Below, piece after piece: positions 27,808 to 37,475 of a DNA stretch of 64,000 nucleotides. The stretch's first letter is position 1. The number at the start of each line of letters is the position of its first letter. Position numbers and translations under genes: made by a program. Location of the stretch: positions 16,828 to 80,827 of the forward strand of contig DASTFH010000003.1 of the NCBI GenBank assembly GCA_035708725.1, given 5' to 3'. This stretch comes from Gemmatimonadales bacterium (GTDB lineage: Bacteria > Gemmatimonadota > Gemmatimonadetes > Gemmatimonadales > GWC2-71-9). The notes beneath the pieces were generated by a model that was not told where the DNA came from, made no database searches, and saw only the letters and a program-made list of their open reading frames with translations.

Positions 27808-29630
27808 CGCTCCGCGACCTGCTCGACGACGGCCGTGTGCACGTGGTGGACGGCGCCATGGGCACGATGCTCTATGCCCGCGGCGTGTTCCTCAATGTGT
27901 GTTATGACGAGCTCAACCTTCGCCAGCCCGACCTCATCCGCGACATCCATCACGATTACGTGCGAGCCGGTGCCGAGCTGATCGAGACCAACACGTTTGG
28001 CGCCAATCCGTTCAAGCTCGCGGGCTGCGGGCTGGGCGGCGAAACCGAGCTCATCAACTGCACGGCGGCGTCGCTGGCGCGCGATGCCGCAGGCACCCGC
28101 GCAATGGTGCTTGGCGCCATCGGGCCGCTCGGCGTACGCGTGGAGCCCTTTGGTGAGCTCGGGCTCGACGAGGCGCACGACGCCTTTGCCCGGCAAGTGA
28201 CGGGACTGCTCGAGGGCGGCGTGGACGGTTTCATCCTCGAGACCTTCAGCGACGTGTCGGAAATCGGTGCCGCCATCCGTGCGGTTCGATCGCTGTCCGA
28301 GCTTCCCGTCATCGCACAGATGACCATCGGCACTGATGGCCAGACCCATTACGGCACCGATCCCGCCACGTTTGGCCCCGAGCTCGCAGCGCTCGGCGCC
28401 GATGCGGTCGGTGTCAATTGCTCGGTGGGCCCGCACGGTGTCCTGGAGGCGGTGGAGCAACTGGCTGGCGTGGTCAACCTGCCCATCTCCGCGCAGCCCA
28501 ACGCCGGCCTCCCCCGCGAAGTGGCCGACCGCAAGATCTACATGGCGAGCCCCGAATACATGGCCGGCTATGCGCGACGCATGGTTGAAGCAGGCGCCCG
28601 GCTCGTGGGTGGCTGCTGCGGCACCACGCCGGAGCACATCAAGGCGATCGCGAGCTTCGTCCAGAGCGTGTCGCCCCGGCACCGGTACACCACGGTGGCG
28701 CCAGCGGTCCAGGAGCAGGCGCGCACCGCGGTCCCGCTCGCCGAGCGCAGCGGGCTTGGTGCCCGGCTCGCCGCAGGGCAGTTCGTGACCACCGTGGAGA
28801 TTGTGCCGCCGCGCGGGGTGGATCCGTCGCCCATGCTGGCGCAGGTGCGTGAGCTCAAGGCGGCCGGCGTCAACGCCGTGAATGTGCCGGACGGGCCACG
28901 CGCTCAAAGCCGGATGGGTGCCCTGCTCTCGGGATTGCTCATCCAGCGTGAAGTGGGAATCGAGGCCGTGGTCCACTACGCCTGTCGGGACCGGAACCTC
29001 CTCGGCATGCTGTCGGACCTGCTGGGTGCCGCAGCGAGCGGGCTCAACAACCTGCTCATCATCACCGGCGATCCGCCGAAGATGGGACCGTATCCAGACG
29101 CGACGGCCGTGTTTGACATCGACTCGATCGGACTCACCAACCTGGTGAACCGCCTCAACCTGGGGCTCGATCCCGGCGGCAATGATCTCGGCAGCGCCAC
29201 GAAGTTCGTGATCGGTGTCGGCGTGAATCCGGCGGCGCCTGACGCCGAGCGGGAAATGAGTCGTTTCGGCTGGAAGGTAGAGGCCGGAGCCGAGTACGCT
29301 GTTACGCAGCCCGTCTTTGACCTGGACCAGCTGGACCGGTTCCTGGCGCGGGTGGAATCTCTCGGGCTTCCCATCATCGCGGGTATCTGGCCCCTGGTTT
29401 CCCTGCGCAACGCCGAGTTCCTGGCCAACGAAGTCCCGGGCGTGAGCGTGCCGGAGGGGGTGCTGTCGCGGATGCGGCGTGCCAGCGAGCATGGAAAGGA
29501 AGCGGCCCTGGCCGAAGGCGTCACGATCGCGCGCGAGATGCTGACAGCGGTGCGCCAGCGGGTTGCCGGTGTCCAGGTCTCGGCGCCACTCGGCAGAGTG
29601 CCGGTGGCGCTGGAGGTGCTGCGGGCATAG
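27804..29630 (+). CDS. Bifunctional homocysteine S-methyltransferase / 5,10-methylenetetrahydrofolate reductase (YitJ-like)
   Basis: N-terminal Hcy-binding domain ([15 protein letters not shown]...[11 protein letters not shown]) fused to a MetF-like C-terminal half. ATGA overlap with the metH stop. Confidence 0.9.
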
Positions 29631-29658
29631 GGCGCGGGGCGTGGGGGCAACGCACTGA

Positions 29659-29760
29659 GTCATTGCGAGCGCCGAAGGCGCGAAGCAATCGGGTGGCCCG
29701 AACCGGGATGCCTGCGACCCGATCGCTTCGTCGGGCCCGTCGGGCCCTCCTCGCCATGAC
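29659..29760. mobile_element. Second full copy of the GTCATTGCGAG-type MITE-like element
   Basis: gtcattgcgagcgccgaaggcgcgaagcaatcgggtgg...ctcctcgccatgac, 102 bp, intergenic after the YitJ-like gene. Confidence 0.65.
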
Positions 29761-29856
29761 GCGTCGTCCCTCGTCCCTCGTCTCCTACCTTGACTCTCGA
29801 CGCTTGACTCTCGACTGTTATCCTCGACTCTTACCTCCGCTTCCGGAGCCCAAATC

Positions 29857-31020
29857 ATGCAGGACGCCGCGACCGCCACCCAGCCGCTGACGATACTATC
29901 CGAGGAAGAACTCATGTTCCGCGATGCGGTGCGCGAGTTCGCCGAATCGGAGGTGCGGCCGCACGTCGAGGAAATGGATGCCGCCGGGCTGTTCCGGAAG
30001 GACATCATTCCCAAGTTTTTCGAGCTGGGGCTCATGGGCATCGAGGTGCCCGAGAAGTGGGGTGGCGCCGACGGGACGATCTTCCTCGCGATGCTCGCCA
30101 TCGAGGAGTTGGCACGGGTCGATGCGTCGGCTGCGATCTATGTGGACGTCCACAACACCCTCGTCAACAACGCCGTCCTTCGCTGGGCCAGTGAAGAACA
30201 GAAGGCGCGCTACTTCCCTCGTCTCACCTCGGACCTTCTCGGCGCGTTCGCGCTCTCCGAGCCTGGCAGCGGCAGCGACGCGTTTGCCCTCGAGACCAAG
30301 GCGGAACAGAAGAACGGGCATTGGGAGCTGACCGGGCGGAAGTTCTGGATCACCAACGGCGGCGAGGCGGGGCTGTTCATCGTCTTCGCCAACACGGATT
30401 TCTCCAAGGGCTACAAGGGGATCACTGCCTTCCTGGTGGAACGGGACTTTCCGGGCTTCAGCGTGGGCAAGAAGGAAAACAAGCTGGGTATCCGTGCCTC
30501 CAGCACCACGGAGCTGATCCTCGAGCAGTGCCAGGTCCCGGTTGAGAACGTGATGGGTCCGGTGGGCCAGGGCTACAAGATTGCCATCGAGACGCTCAAC
30601 GAGGGACGCATCGGGATTGGCGCCCAGATGCTGGGCGTGTCGCGCGGGGCGCTCGATGCCGCGACGGCCTATGTGAAGGAACGAAAGCAGTTCGGCAGGG
30701 CGATCGCCGAGTTCCAGGGGGTGCAGTTCCAGCTGGCGCAGATGGCTACGGATCTCGAGGCCTCCCGCCTCATGGTCTACAACGCCGCCCGGCTCAAGGA
30801 TGCCGGCCAGCCGTTCGCGCAGGAGGCGGCAATGGCCAAGCTCTTCAGCTCCCAGACCGCCGATCGCATCACATCACAGTGCCTGGAGCTCTTTGGCGGT
30901 TACGGCTATTCCAAGGAGTACCCAGCAGAGAAGTATTACCGGGATGCCAAGATCGGGACGATCTACGAAGGCACCAGCAACATGCAGCTGCAGACGATTG
31001 CGAAGGGGATGCTGAAATAG
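29857..31020 (+). CDS. Acyl-CoA dehydrogenase (short/branched-chain type)
   Basis: 387 aa with typical ACAD sequence (ALSEPGSGSDA..., ...YEGTSNMQLQTIAK). Confidence 0.9.
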   Translation: MQDAATATQPLTILSEEELMFRDAVREFAESEVRPHVEEMDAAGLFRKDIIPKFFELGLMGIEVPEKWGGADGTIFLAMLAIEELARVDASAAIYVDVHNTLVNNAVLRWASEEQKARYFPRLTSDLLGAFALSEPGSGSDAFALETKAEQKNGHWELTGRKFWITNGGEAGLFIVFANTDFSKGYKGITAFLVERDFPGFSVGKKENKLGIRASSTTELILEQCQVPVENVMGPVGQGYKIAIETLNEGRIGIGAQMLGVSRGALDAATAYVKERKQFGRAIAEFQGVQFQLAQMATDLEASRLMVYNAARLKDAGQPFAQEAAMAKLFSSQTADRITSQCLELFGGYGYSKEYPAEKYYRDAKIGTIYEGTSNMQLQTIAKGMLK

Positions 31021-31105
31021 GCTGCTGGCTGTTGGCTACTGGCTGTTAGCCGCTAAGCGCTTAGCGCTACACGCCAACGGCCAGCGACCAGCAGCCAGCA
31101 GCCAC
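31017..31105. terminator. Long hairpin of GCTGGC words around a perfect 14-bp palindrome
   Basis: ggctgctggctg...gctaagcgcttagc...cagccagcagcc, directly after the acyl-CoA dehydrogenase stop. Confidence 0.6.
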
Positions 31106-31331
31106 CCGTCCGTCCCGCCCGTCCTGTCGTTGCATTGCCGCAGGTCCAGTCTTGCAACGTCATTGCCCCGGTTGAGTTTACGACGCACCCTTGTCATTTT
31201 CGGGTGGTGCGGTGTTTGCACTCCGTAGATGCCGGTTCCCCCACCACCCCTCCAATGAACGGAACCGCTGGCGGACCCGCTCCGCAGCCGGGAGGCTCGT
31301 TTGCATTGTGATTGACAAGGTTTCCGCTGTC

Positions 31332-32837
31332 GTGACAACGACTTACCGTCTCCGGACCAGCCTCATGCTGGCCGGGGCACTTGGGCTTGTCGGCCGGGCG
31401 CTGCCAGCGCAGCTGGCGCCAGAGCCATTCCAGGACGTCCGGCAGAACATCGCGACATGGTGGGAATCCGCGTCAAGGCTTGCACCCGGCCATTGGGGCA
31501 TCGCCATCGCCGACCGCTCCGGCCGACTCATCTGGAGCAACAATGCCGACGATGAGCTGATCCCCGCTTCGACCGTCAAACTGTTTACGACCGGCTTCGC
31601 CCGGAGCGTGCTTGGGGGCGATGCCCGTCGCCCGACCCGCGTGGTGGGCGAGGGCTACGTTGACTCGACGACCGGCAACTGGATCGGCGACTGGTCGCTC
31701 GAGCTGAACGGCGACGTGACCCTGGAGCGCGGGAGCGCTGCCGGGCCTTCACTATTTGATCTTGCATCGCAGCTGCGCCGCATGGGAATCCGCCGTCTGA
31801 GCGGACCGCTCGATGTCCGGAGCGCTACTGGCGTCGCCAACGCCGTCTGGCCCGATGTCTGGCCGACGCGTCATCGCGGTCATCTCTTCGCACCGCTCGT
31901 TGGACCCGTCACCCTCAACGAAAACGTCGTCTCCTTCGTGGTCCGTCCGGGCGCCAAGTCGGGGCAGCATGTACGCCTGATGAGCGCGGAGCCGCTCGGC
32001 GTTGGCTCCCTCCTGCGCATCAGCGCCAAGACGGTGGCGGGCCGGCGAAACCGGCTGCATCTGTCCGCGCAGTCGGACGGCTCCTGGCTTCTGAGCGGGA
32101 CGATTGGCTCGCGCGCGGGCTCGCGCACCTACGCCGTGACGGCGCACAAGCCTGTCGCCGTACTGCATGCGGTCTGGGCCGCGGCGCTCGATCGGGCCGG
32201 CATCGACTGGCAGGAGAAGGGCCTCCCGTCGCCCAAGGCGAAGCAGGAGGAGCGGGTGCTCGCCGAGGTTACCTCGCCGACGCTCGACTCGGTGGCGAGC
32301 GAAGTGAACCGGCGCAGCCTCAACATTGGCGCCGAGCTGATCCTGCAGTGGGCCGCCGGGCGGGGACCACAGGCGCCGCAGGCGCTCGAGGATCACATCC
32401 GGAGCGTTGTGGGACCGAACGCCGAGGTCTCGCTGGTGGATGGAAGCGGGCTGTCCGGGGAGGACCGGGTCTCGCCATCCACCTTCATTGAGTATCTGGC
32501 CAAGTTCCCGCTGACGCAGGGCGGGCGCGACTTTGCCCAGCTCCTGCCAGCCAATGGCACCGGCACGCTCAAGCGCCTCAAGGCGGGATTCCCGGACCAG
32601 GGCGTGGTGCGAGCCAAGACCGGGACGCTCCAGAACGTGGCGACCGTGACCGGCTACCTGGGCCGCCCGGAAGGCGTCCTCCTCATTTCGGTCATGTACA
32701 ATGGCTCCAAGCCCTGGGTAGCCCGGCAGCAGCAGTGGGAGCTGTTCCGGACCCTGGGCGGCGACGGGGTCATCGTGCCGAGCGCTGGGGACATTGCCAG
32801 TGAGGATGCGCAGTACGGAGGGGAAGATTCTCAGTAA
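31332..32837 (+). CDS. dacB: D-alanyl-D-alanine carboxypeptidase/endopeptidase (PBP4, peptidase S13)
   Basis: SxxK motif PASTVKLFT, KTGT motif RAKTGTL, and DGSGLS. Start uncertain (GTG 31332 or ATG 31365). Confidence 0.8.
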   Translation: MTTTYRLRTSLMLAGALGLVGRALPAQLAPEPFQDVRQNIATWWESASRLAPGHWGIAIADRSGRLIWSNNADDELIPASTVKLFTTGFARSVLGGDARRPTRVVGEGYVDSTTGNWIGDWSLELNGDVTLERGSAAGPSLFDLASQLRRMGIRRLSGPLDVRSATGVANAVWPDVWPTRHRGHLFAPLVGPVTLNENVVSFVVRPGAKSGQHVRLMSAEPLGVGSLLRISAKTVAGRRNRLHLSAQSDGSWLLSGTIGSRAGSRTYAVTAHKPVAVLHAVWAAALDRAGIDWQEKGLPSPKAKQEERVLAEVTSPTLDSVASEVNRRSLNIGAELILQWAAGRGPQAPQALEDHIRSVVGPNAEVSLVDGSGLSGEDRVSPSTFIEYLAKFPLTQGGRDFAQLLPANGTGTLKRLKAGFPDQGVVRAKTGTLQNVATVTGYLGRPEGVLLISVMYNGSKPWVARQQQWELFRTLGGDGVIVPSAGDIASEDAQYGGEDSQ

Positions 32838-32916
32838 GTGTCAGGGACGAGGGACAGCGAAAGGGGTCGGCGCTCATGACGAGCTCCGACCCCTTTCAGC
32901 TTTCAGCCTCCAGCTT

Positions 32917-33144
32917 CTAGCCCTTAGCTCCTCTCGCCCCCGCCACAATGAGCACGATTCCGCCAACCACCGCCAACCCACTGAGGATTGGTGACAGCGG
33001 CACGTGCTCCCTTGTCTTGCCTTCGACCTGCAGGGGACCAGCATCAATTACGGTCTTGTTCCTGGTGAAGGAAAATCCGCCGGCGACGAACCCGATGATA
33101 CCGAGGATCAGGAGCAGGATTCCCACCAGTGTGGCGACCTTCAT
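32917..33144 (-). CDS. DUF3185-like small membrane protein
   Basis: 75 aa, two TM helices with the G-rich pattern typical of that family. GGAGG upstream. Confidence 0.65.
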   Translation of the reverse strand: MKVATLVGILLLILGIIGFVAGGFSFTRNKTVIDAGPLQVEGKTREHVPLSPILSGLAVVGGIVLIVAGARGAKG

Positions 33145-33169
33145 GTGGCCTCCGTGAGGCGGACAGGGG

Positions 33170-33319
33170 TCAGAGTGGCCGACGTCCCGAAATGACGCGG
33201 ATCAGCACGATCACGATGGCAATGACAAGCAGGATATGAATGAAGCCGCCAAACGTGTTCGCCGTGACCACGCCGATCAGCCACAGGATGAGCAGAATGA
33301 CGAAGATGGTCCAAAGCAT
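33170..33319 (-). CDS. lmo0937-family small membrane protein (49 aa), absent from the supplied ORF track
   Basis: My own translation: MLWTIFVILLILWLIGVVTANTFGGFIHILLVIAIVIVLIRVISGRRPL. GGAGG lies 6 nt upstream of the ATG at 33319. Stop codon at 33170-33172. Confidence 0.7.
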   Translation of the reverse strand: MLWTIFVILLILWLIGVVTANTFGGFIHILLVIAIVIVLIRVISGRRPL

Positions 33320-33504
33320 TGGATTCCTCCGCGGAACAGAATTGAAACGGGCGCCCGGGCGCCCGGACGCCTCGGTGAACTGTCCTGCCGTTCAAGGGTA
33401 GCCCCATATCGAAACACTGACCGTGAGCGCCGTCACCCACATGTTGCGACGCTGGACGCGTCGCTTCGGCGACCCTACTTTGCGGCAACCCTTGCCCTGA
33501 CATT

Positions 33505-33936
33505 ATGCATCAGAAAAGGAAGACCAGCCAGTTACCCTCAGCCCAGGTTGCCCGAATCGTCCATCTGGCCCTGATGTCGGGGGTTACGCTCTTCGCCGTA
33601 GTCGCCTGGTTGGCGCCGGGACCGATTCCGGCGCCCGCCTCCGGCCTTCGGACCATCCTTCCCGTCGTCGCGATCCTCGGCTTTCTCGGCGCCAACCTGC
33701 TTCGCCGTCGGCTGCCGGCCCGGCACCCGGGCGAGACAGACGATGCCTGGTGGCAGCGTGCCATGCCAAGCGCCATCATGAGCTGGGCACTGGTCGAGGC
33801 AGCCTGCCTCGTGGCCTGCGTGACTGTGTTCCTGTCACATGACTGGATGGGCCTGCTCTGGGTCGGGATCGGCCTGCTGATGTTCACCCTGCTGTCTCCG
33901 GGCCGCCTCCGCGACTCGGTGCGGAGCGCTTCATGA
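33505..33936 (+). CDS. Hypothetical 4-TM membrane protein
   Basis: 143 aa, hydrophobic. ATGA overlap with the following gene. Confidence 0.5.
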   Translation: MHQKRKTSQLPSAQVARIVHLALMSGVTLFAVVAWLAPGPIPAPASGLRTILPVVAILGFLGANLLRRRLPARHPGETDDAWWQRAMPSAIMSWALVEAACLVACVTVFLSHDWMGLLWVGIGLLMFTLLSPGRLRDSVRSAS

Positions 33937-34379
33937 CCCTGATGAAAGATCTCCCCGATCACCATGACGCGGAGCTCGTGCTTCGGCTCTACGACCTCAG
34001 GCGTGAAGCGCGAATGCGCGAGGCGCGCGACGCCATGTACCGGGATTACTGGCCGAAGAACGCGGCGGAGGCAAGCGCGCCGATACCGCGCACCCATCCG
34101 CTCAACGCGGCCTGGCGGCAAACCACCACCTACTGGGAAATGGTCTTCGGCATGGCTCGGCACGGGATCGTCCATCCCGGCTACCTGATCGAGAACAATG
34201 TGGAAGGGCTGTTGCTGTTTGCCCGGGCCGAACCGTGGCTCCGGGAGATCCGAGAAGCGTCGTCCCCCCGGACGTTTCGTCACACTGAGTGGGCGGCGAC
34301 ATCCACTGAAACCGGCCAGGAGCTCATGAAGGAGCTGCGGGCCCGAGTCAAGAAAGTGATGGCCTCCCGTGCGTCCTGA
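33933..34379 (+). CDS. Hypothetical cytoplasmic protein
   Basis: 148 aa with coding-like composition. Coupled upstream and overlaps the M42 peptidase start. Confidence 0.5.
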   Translation: MTLMKDLPDHHDAELVLRLYDLRREARMREARDAMYRDYWPKNAAEASAPIPRTHPLNAAWRQTTTYWEMVFGMARHGIVHPGYLIENNVEGLLLFARAEPWLREIREASSPRTFRHTEWAATSTETGQELMKELRARVKKVMASRAS

Positions 34380-35433
34380 GTCGCTCGTCTTCCTTAAGGA
34401 ACTGCTGGACCTGCCGGGCCCGTCCGCCTTTGAGCGTGCGCCGGCCCGGCGCTGGCGGGATGAAGCGGGGAAGCTCGGCGCCGAGGTGGGGGCGGATGCC
34501 ACCGGCAACTCCTGGGCGACGCTCAAGGGTGGCGACAAGCAGCACGTGGTGCTCGCGGGGCACATGGACGAGATCGGTATCATGGTCTCGTATGTGGATG
34601 AGCATGGGTTCCTGAGCTTTGATACGATTGGCGGCTGGGACAGCCAGGTGTTCGTGGGCCAGCGCGTGCTGATCCTGGGCCGGAAGGAACGGGTGGTGGG
34701 AGTGATCGGGAAGAAGGCTATTCACCTCATGGACAAGGACGACCGCGAGCGGGTCTCGCGGGTGGAAGATCTCTGGATTGATATCGGGGCCGCGAACCGG
34801 GAAGAGGCGCTCGCCCGGGTGCGGATCGGCGACCCCGGCGTGCTGGCGTCCAGTGTGCTCGAGTTTCCCAACGGGCGGCTGGTGAGCCGGAGTATCGATA
34901 ACCGGATCGGTTCGTTTGTGGTGCTGGAAGCGCTGCGGCTGCTGGCGGCCGCGCGGCCGAGTGCCACGGTGAGCGCCGTCGCGACGTCGCGCGAGGAGAT
35001 TTCGGCCACTGGTGGCGGGGCCCGGCCGCTCGCCACCCGGCTCAATCCAACCGTTGCGGTCGTGGTAGACGTGACCCACGCGACCGACTGCCCCGGCATG
35101 GACAAGCGGAAGCACGGCGAATACAACCTCGGCGGCGGCCCGGTGCTCTCGCGCGGTGCAGCGGTGAATGAAGCGGTGTTCGAGATGCTGGTCGAGACGG
35201 CGGAAGCGGAGAACGTGCCCTACTCGCTGGAAGCCGCCGGACGGGACACACGAACCGATGCGGAATCCATCTTCAATGCCGGCGCCGGCATCGCGACCGC
35301 GCTGGTCTCGGTACCCAACCGGTACATGCATTCGCCCAACGAGATGGTGGCGCTGGAGGACCTGGAGCGCACGGCGCGGTTATTGGCCGCGTTCGTGCGG
35401 CGGGTGGAGGATGGGATGGATTTTATCGGATAG
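34369..35433 (+). CDS. M42-family glutamyl aminopeptidase (FrvX/PepA-like)
   Basis: LLDLPGPSAFE, GHMDEIG and SRSIDNRIG are typical of M42. Confidence 0.85.
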   Translation: MRPESLVFLKELLDLPGPSAFERAPARRWRDEAGKLGAEVGADATGNSWATLKGGDKQHVVLAGHMDEIGIMVSYVDEHGFLSFDTIGGWDSQVFVGQRVLILGRKERVVGVIGKKAIHLMDKDDRERVSRVEDLWIDIGAANREEALARVRIGDPGVLASSVLEFPNGRLVSRSIDNRIGSFVVLEALRLLAAARPSATVSAVATSREEISATGGGARPLATRLNPTVAVVVDVTHATDCPGMDKRKHGEYNLGGGPVLSRGAAVNEAVFEMLVETAEAENVPYSLEAAGRDTRTDAESIFNAGAGIATALVSVPNRYMHSPNEMVALEDLERTARLLAAFVRRVEDGMDFIG

Positions 35434-35473
35434 ACGGCTCGGCGGCTCGGCCGGCTGGACCGAACCGGTCGCG

Positions 35474-35550
35474 TCACCAGAGGGCGCGTCGGTGAGCGGC
35501 AGCCCGAATTTGATCTCGCCCACCGGAGCGAACCGCAGCGCCCGGCGCCG
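35474..35550. repeat. Copy 1 of a ~78-nt conserved-ends element (candidate structured RNA)
   Basis: tcaccagagggcgcgtcggtgagcggcagcccgaatt...gagcgaaccgcagcgcccggcgccg. Second copy at 55975..56052. Both follow GGCTCGGC word arrays downstream of a stop codon. Confidence 0.6.
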
Positions 35551-35972
35551 CGGCTCCGGCAAGGTACAGGCAACCAAACCAGAGCCGTAGATTTCCAATG
35601 GGCGCATCGGAATCGGCTGGCATCAACCTCGGAGACCGGTGTGGCGACTAACGAATGTCGGTCTGACCGCATTCTCAGCCGGCGGTAAAGCCAATAGCTG
35701 GCATACCGCAGCGCAATCACAACTCCACCGGCAACAGCGGCGGCCCCCCAATCAAGGCGATTCCCGGTGAAAAGCGCTGCTGCCAGAAGCAAAAGCGTCA
35801 AGTGGTAATCGGGCCACGCTGCGGAGGTCAATGCATCGCATGGCAAGCTCCTCCATCGGGTGCTGGATGAAAGAAGCAGCTGACTAGATCCTTCGGTCGC
35901 TACGCTCCCTCAGGATGAGGAGCATTGCCAGACCACCGTATCGCCGACGGCGACACCTGCCGAGCAGCGACT

Positions 35973-37460
35973 TCAGTCGCGTCCGCCGCGCTCCCCGCTC
36001 AGTTCCTTCTCCACCGCCTCCCTTACACTCGCATCCGCATCCTTCCGCAAACCCTCGAGTGCTGCGCGTGCCGGCGCGCTGCCCACCAGCCCCAGCGCCT
36101 CAATGGCCGCAATGCGGGTGGAAAGCGGCTTCCGACCGAAGAGCTTGCCACCCGGCTCCGCCGCCTTTGACAGCACCTTCACCGCCTCACTCGATTTCAT
36201 CCGCCCCAGCGCCAGCAGGTATTCCCGCACCAGGTCGGCACGGTTTTCGTCATCGAGCGCCACGGTGACCGTCATCGCGAGCCCGCGCAGCCGCTCGTCC
36301 AGGTTCTGCGCCACCGCCAGCCGCACCGCAGGCGACTTGTCGCGCAGCATGCTCCGGAGCGGCTCCGCCGATCCCGGCGCGGCGATGCGTGCGAGCGCCG
36401 CCGCCACCGACTTCCGCACCCGCTCGTCACCATGGGTCACATGCTTCGCGAGCTTGGGGACCGCGCTGTCGATTCGCAACTCGCCACACAGGTCCGCCAC
36501 GTTCCGCACCACGAACCATTCGTCATGCGTGAGCATGTTGACCAGCAGGTCGGTGCCTTCGGTCATCTGCCTGAGCGCGGCGTAATAGGCCCGGCGGTCC
36601 TCCATCTTGTCCGAGCCGGCCAGGAGCCCGAGCAGCGCCTCGGTGCCGTCGGCACCCACCCGCTGGAGCACGAGCTGCGCATCCGTCCGCTGCTCCGGCA
36701 GCGCCACCAGCCGGGCAATCCGCTCCACCACCGACCTCGGCATCATGCGCCGGATCGCGATGCCGAAGCTCCGCGCGTTGGACGAAGTGCGCGCGCGTTC
36801 TTCCCCGCGCACGATCGCCGCCGCCGCGGAGAGCAGTCCCGTCCAGTCGTCCTGCGCCGCGAGGTCGTCCACCGCACGGACGACCTCGTTCAGCCGCTCC
36901 GGAACATCGGACGCGGACGGATCCCGCGTGATCGCGTCGAGATGATCAGGCAGCAATTCCAGTCGCATAGCCACCGAGGGCCGCACCACCTCCGCGGCCT
37001 GGTCCGCCACCGCCTGCGCCACCTCGCCATAGGCGTTCCAGTCACCCGATTCCACCGGGCCCTGCGGCGCCGGCGGCGAGAGCACCAGCACCTCGCGCAC
37101 GGTGGGATCGAACGAAATGGCCATCTCATGAAGGGAGCGATACCGCCCCGGCGGCTCCGCCAGCACCTTGAGCAGATCGAGCAATTGCGCGGGACGCACC
37201 GTGGAGGCAAGGCGCAATTCTCCCACGCCGCGGTCGAGCAGGTGCGTGCGCAGGCCGCCAATCAGGGGCTGGGTGTCCTGGAGACGAACGCCGCTCACGG
37301 TGAGGCCGTCTTCGCCGGCGCGCACGTCAAGGCCGTGGCCGGCCATCGCGGCAAACAGGGCCTTGAACTGCGCGGCCTGGTCCTCCCTGGCGTCGGGACG
37401 ATCCCTGAGCAGGAAGATCATGGAGGCCAGTTCGAAGGCGAGCTGGGCAGGTTCAGTCAT
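35973..37460 (-). CDS. HEAT-repeat protein
   Basis: C-terminal HEAT/PBS-lyase-like repeats (DERVRKSVAAALARI, DKSPAVRLAVAQNL, STRIAAIEALG, DASVREAVE). Starts 15 nt after the ECF ATPase stop. Confidence 0.7.
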   Translation of the reverse strand: MTEPAQLAFELASMIFLLRDRPDAREDQAAQFKALFAAMAGHGLDVRAGEDGLTVSGVRLQDTQPLIGGLRTHLLDRGVGELRLASTVRPAQLLDLLKVLAEPPGRYRSLHEMAISFDPTVREVLVLSPPAPQGPVESGDWNAYGEVAQAVADQAAEVVRPSVAMRLELLPDHLDAITRDPSASDVPERLNEVVRAVDDLAAQDDWTGLLSAAAAIVRGEERARTSSNARSFGIAIRRMMPRSVVERIARLVALPEQRTDAQLVLQRVGADGTEALLGLLAGSDKMEDRRAYYAALRQMTEGTDLLVNMLTHDEWFVVRNVADLCGELRIDSAVPKLAKHVTHGDERVRKSVAAALARIAAPGSAEPLRSMLRDKSPAVRLAVAQNLDERLRGLAMTVTVALDDENRADLVREYLLALGRMKSSEAVKVLSKAAEPGGKLFGRKPLSTRIAAIEALGLVGSAPARAALEGLRKDADASVREAVEKELSGERGGRD

Positions 37461-37475
37461 GGTAGTTCCGTAAGA

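Noticed and set aside
35220-35589. The C-terminal two-thirds of ORF 35220..35846, considered as real coding sequence.
   Set aside because: It overlaps the M42 peptidase gene and the 78-nt repeat element, and the translation is Arg/Ser-rich. Only the first ~65 codons look genuine (see findings).
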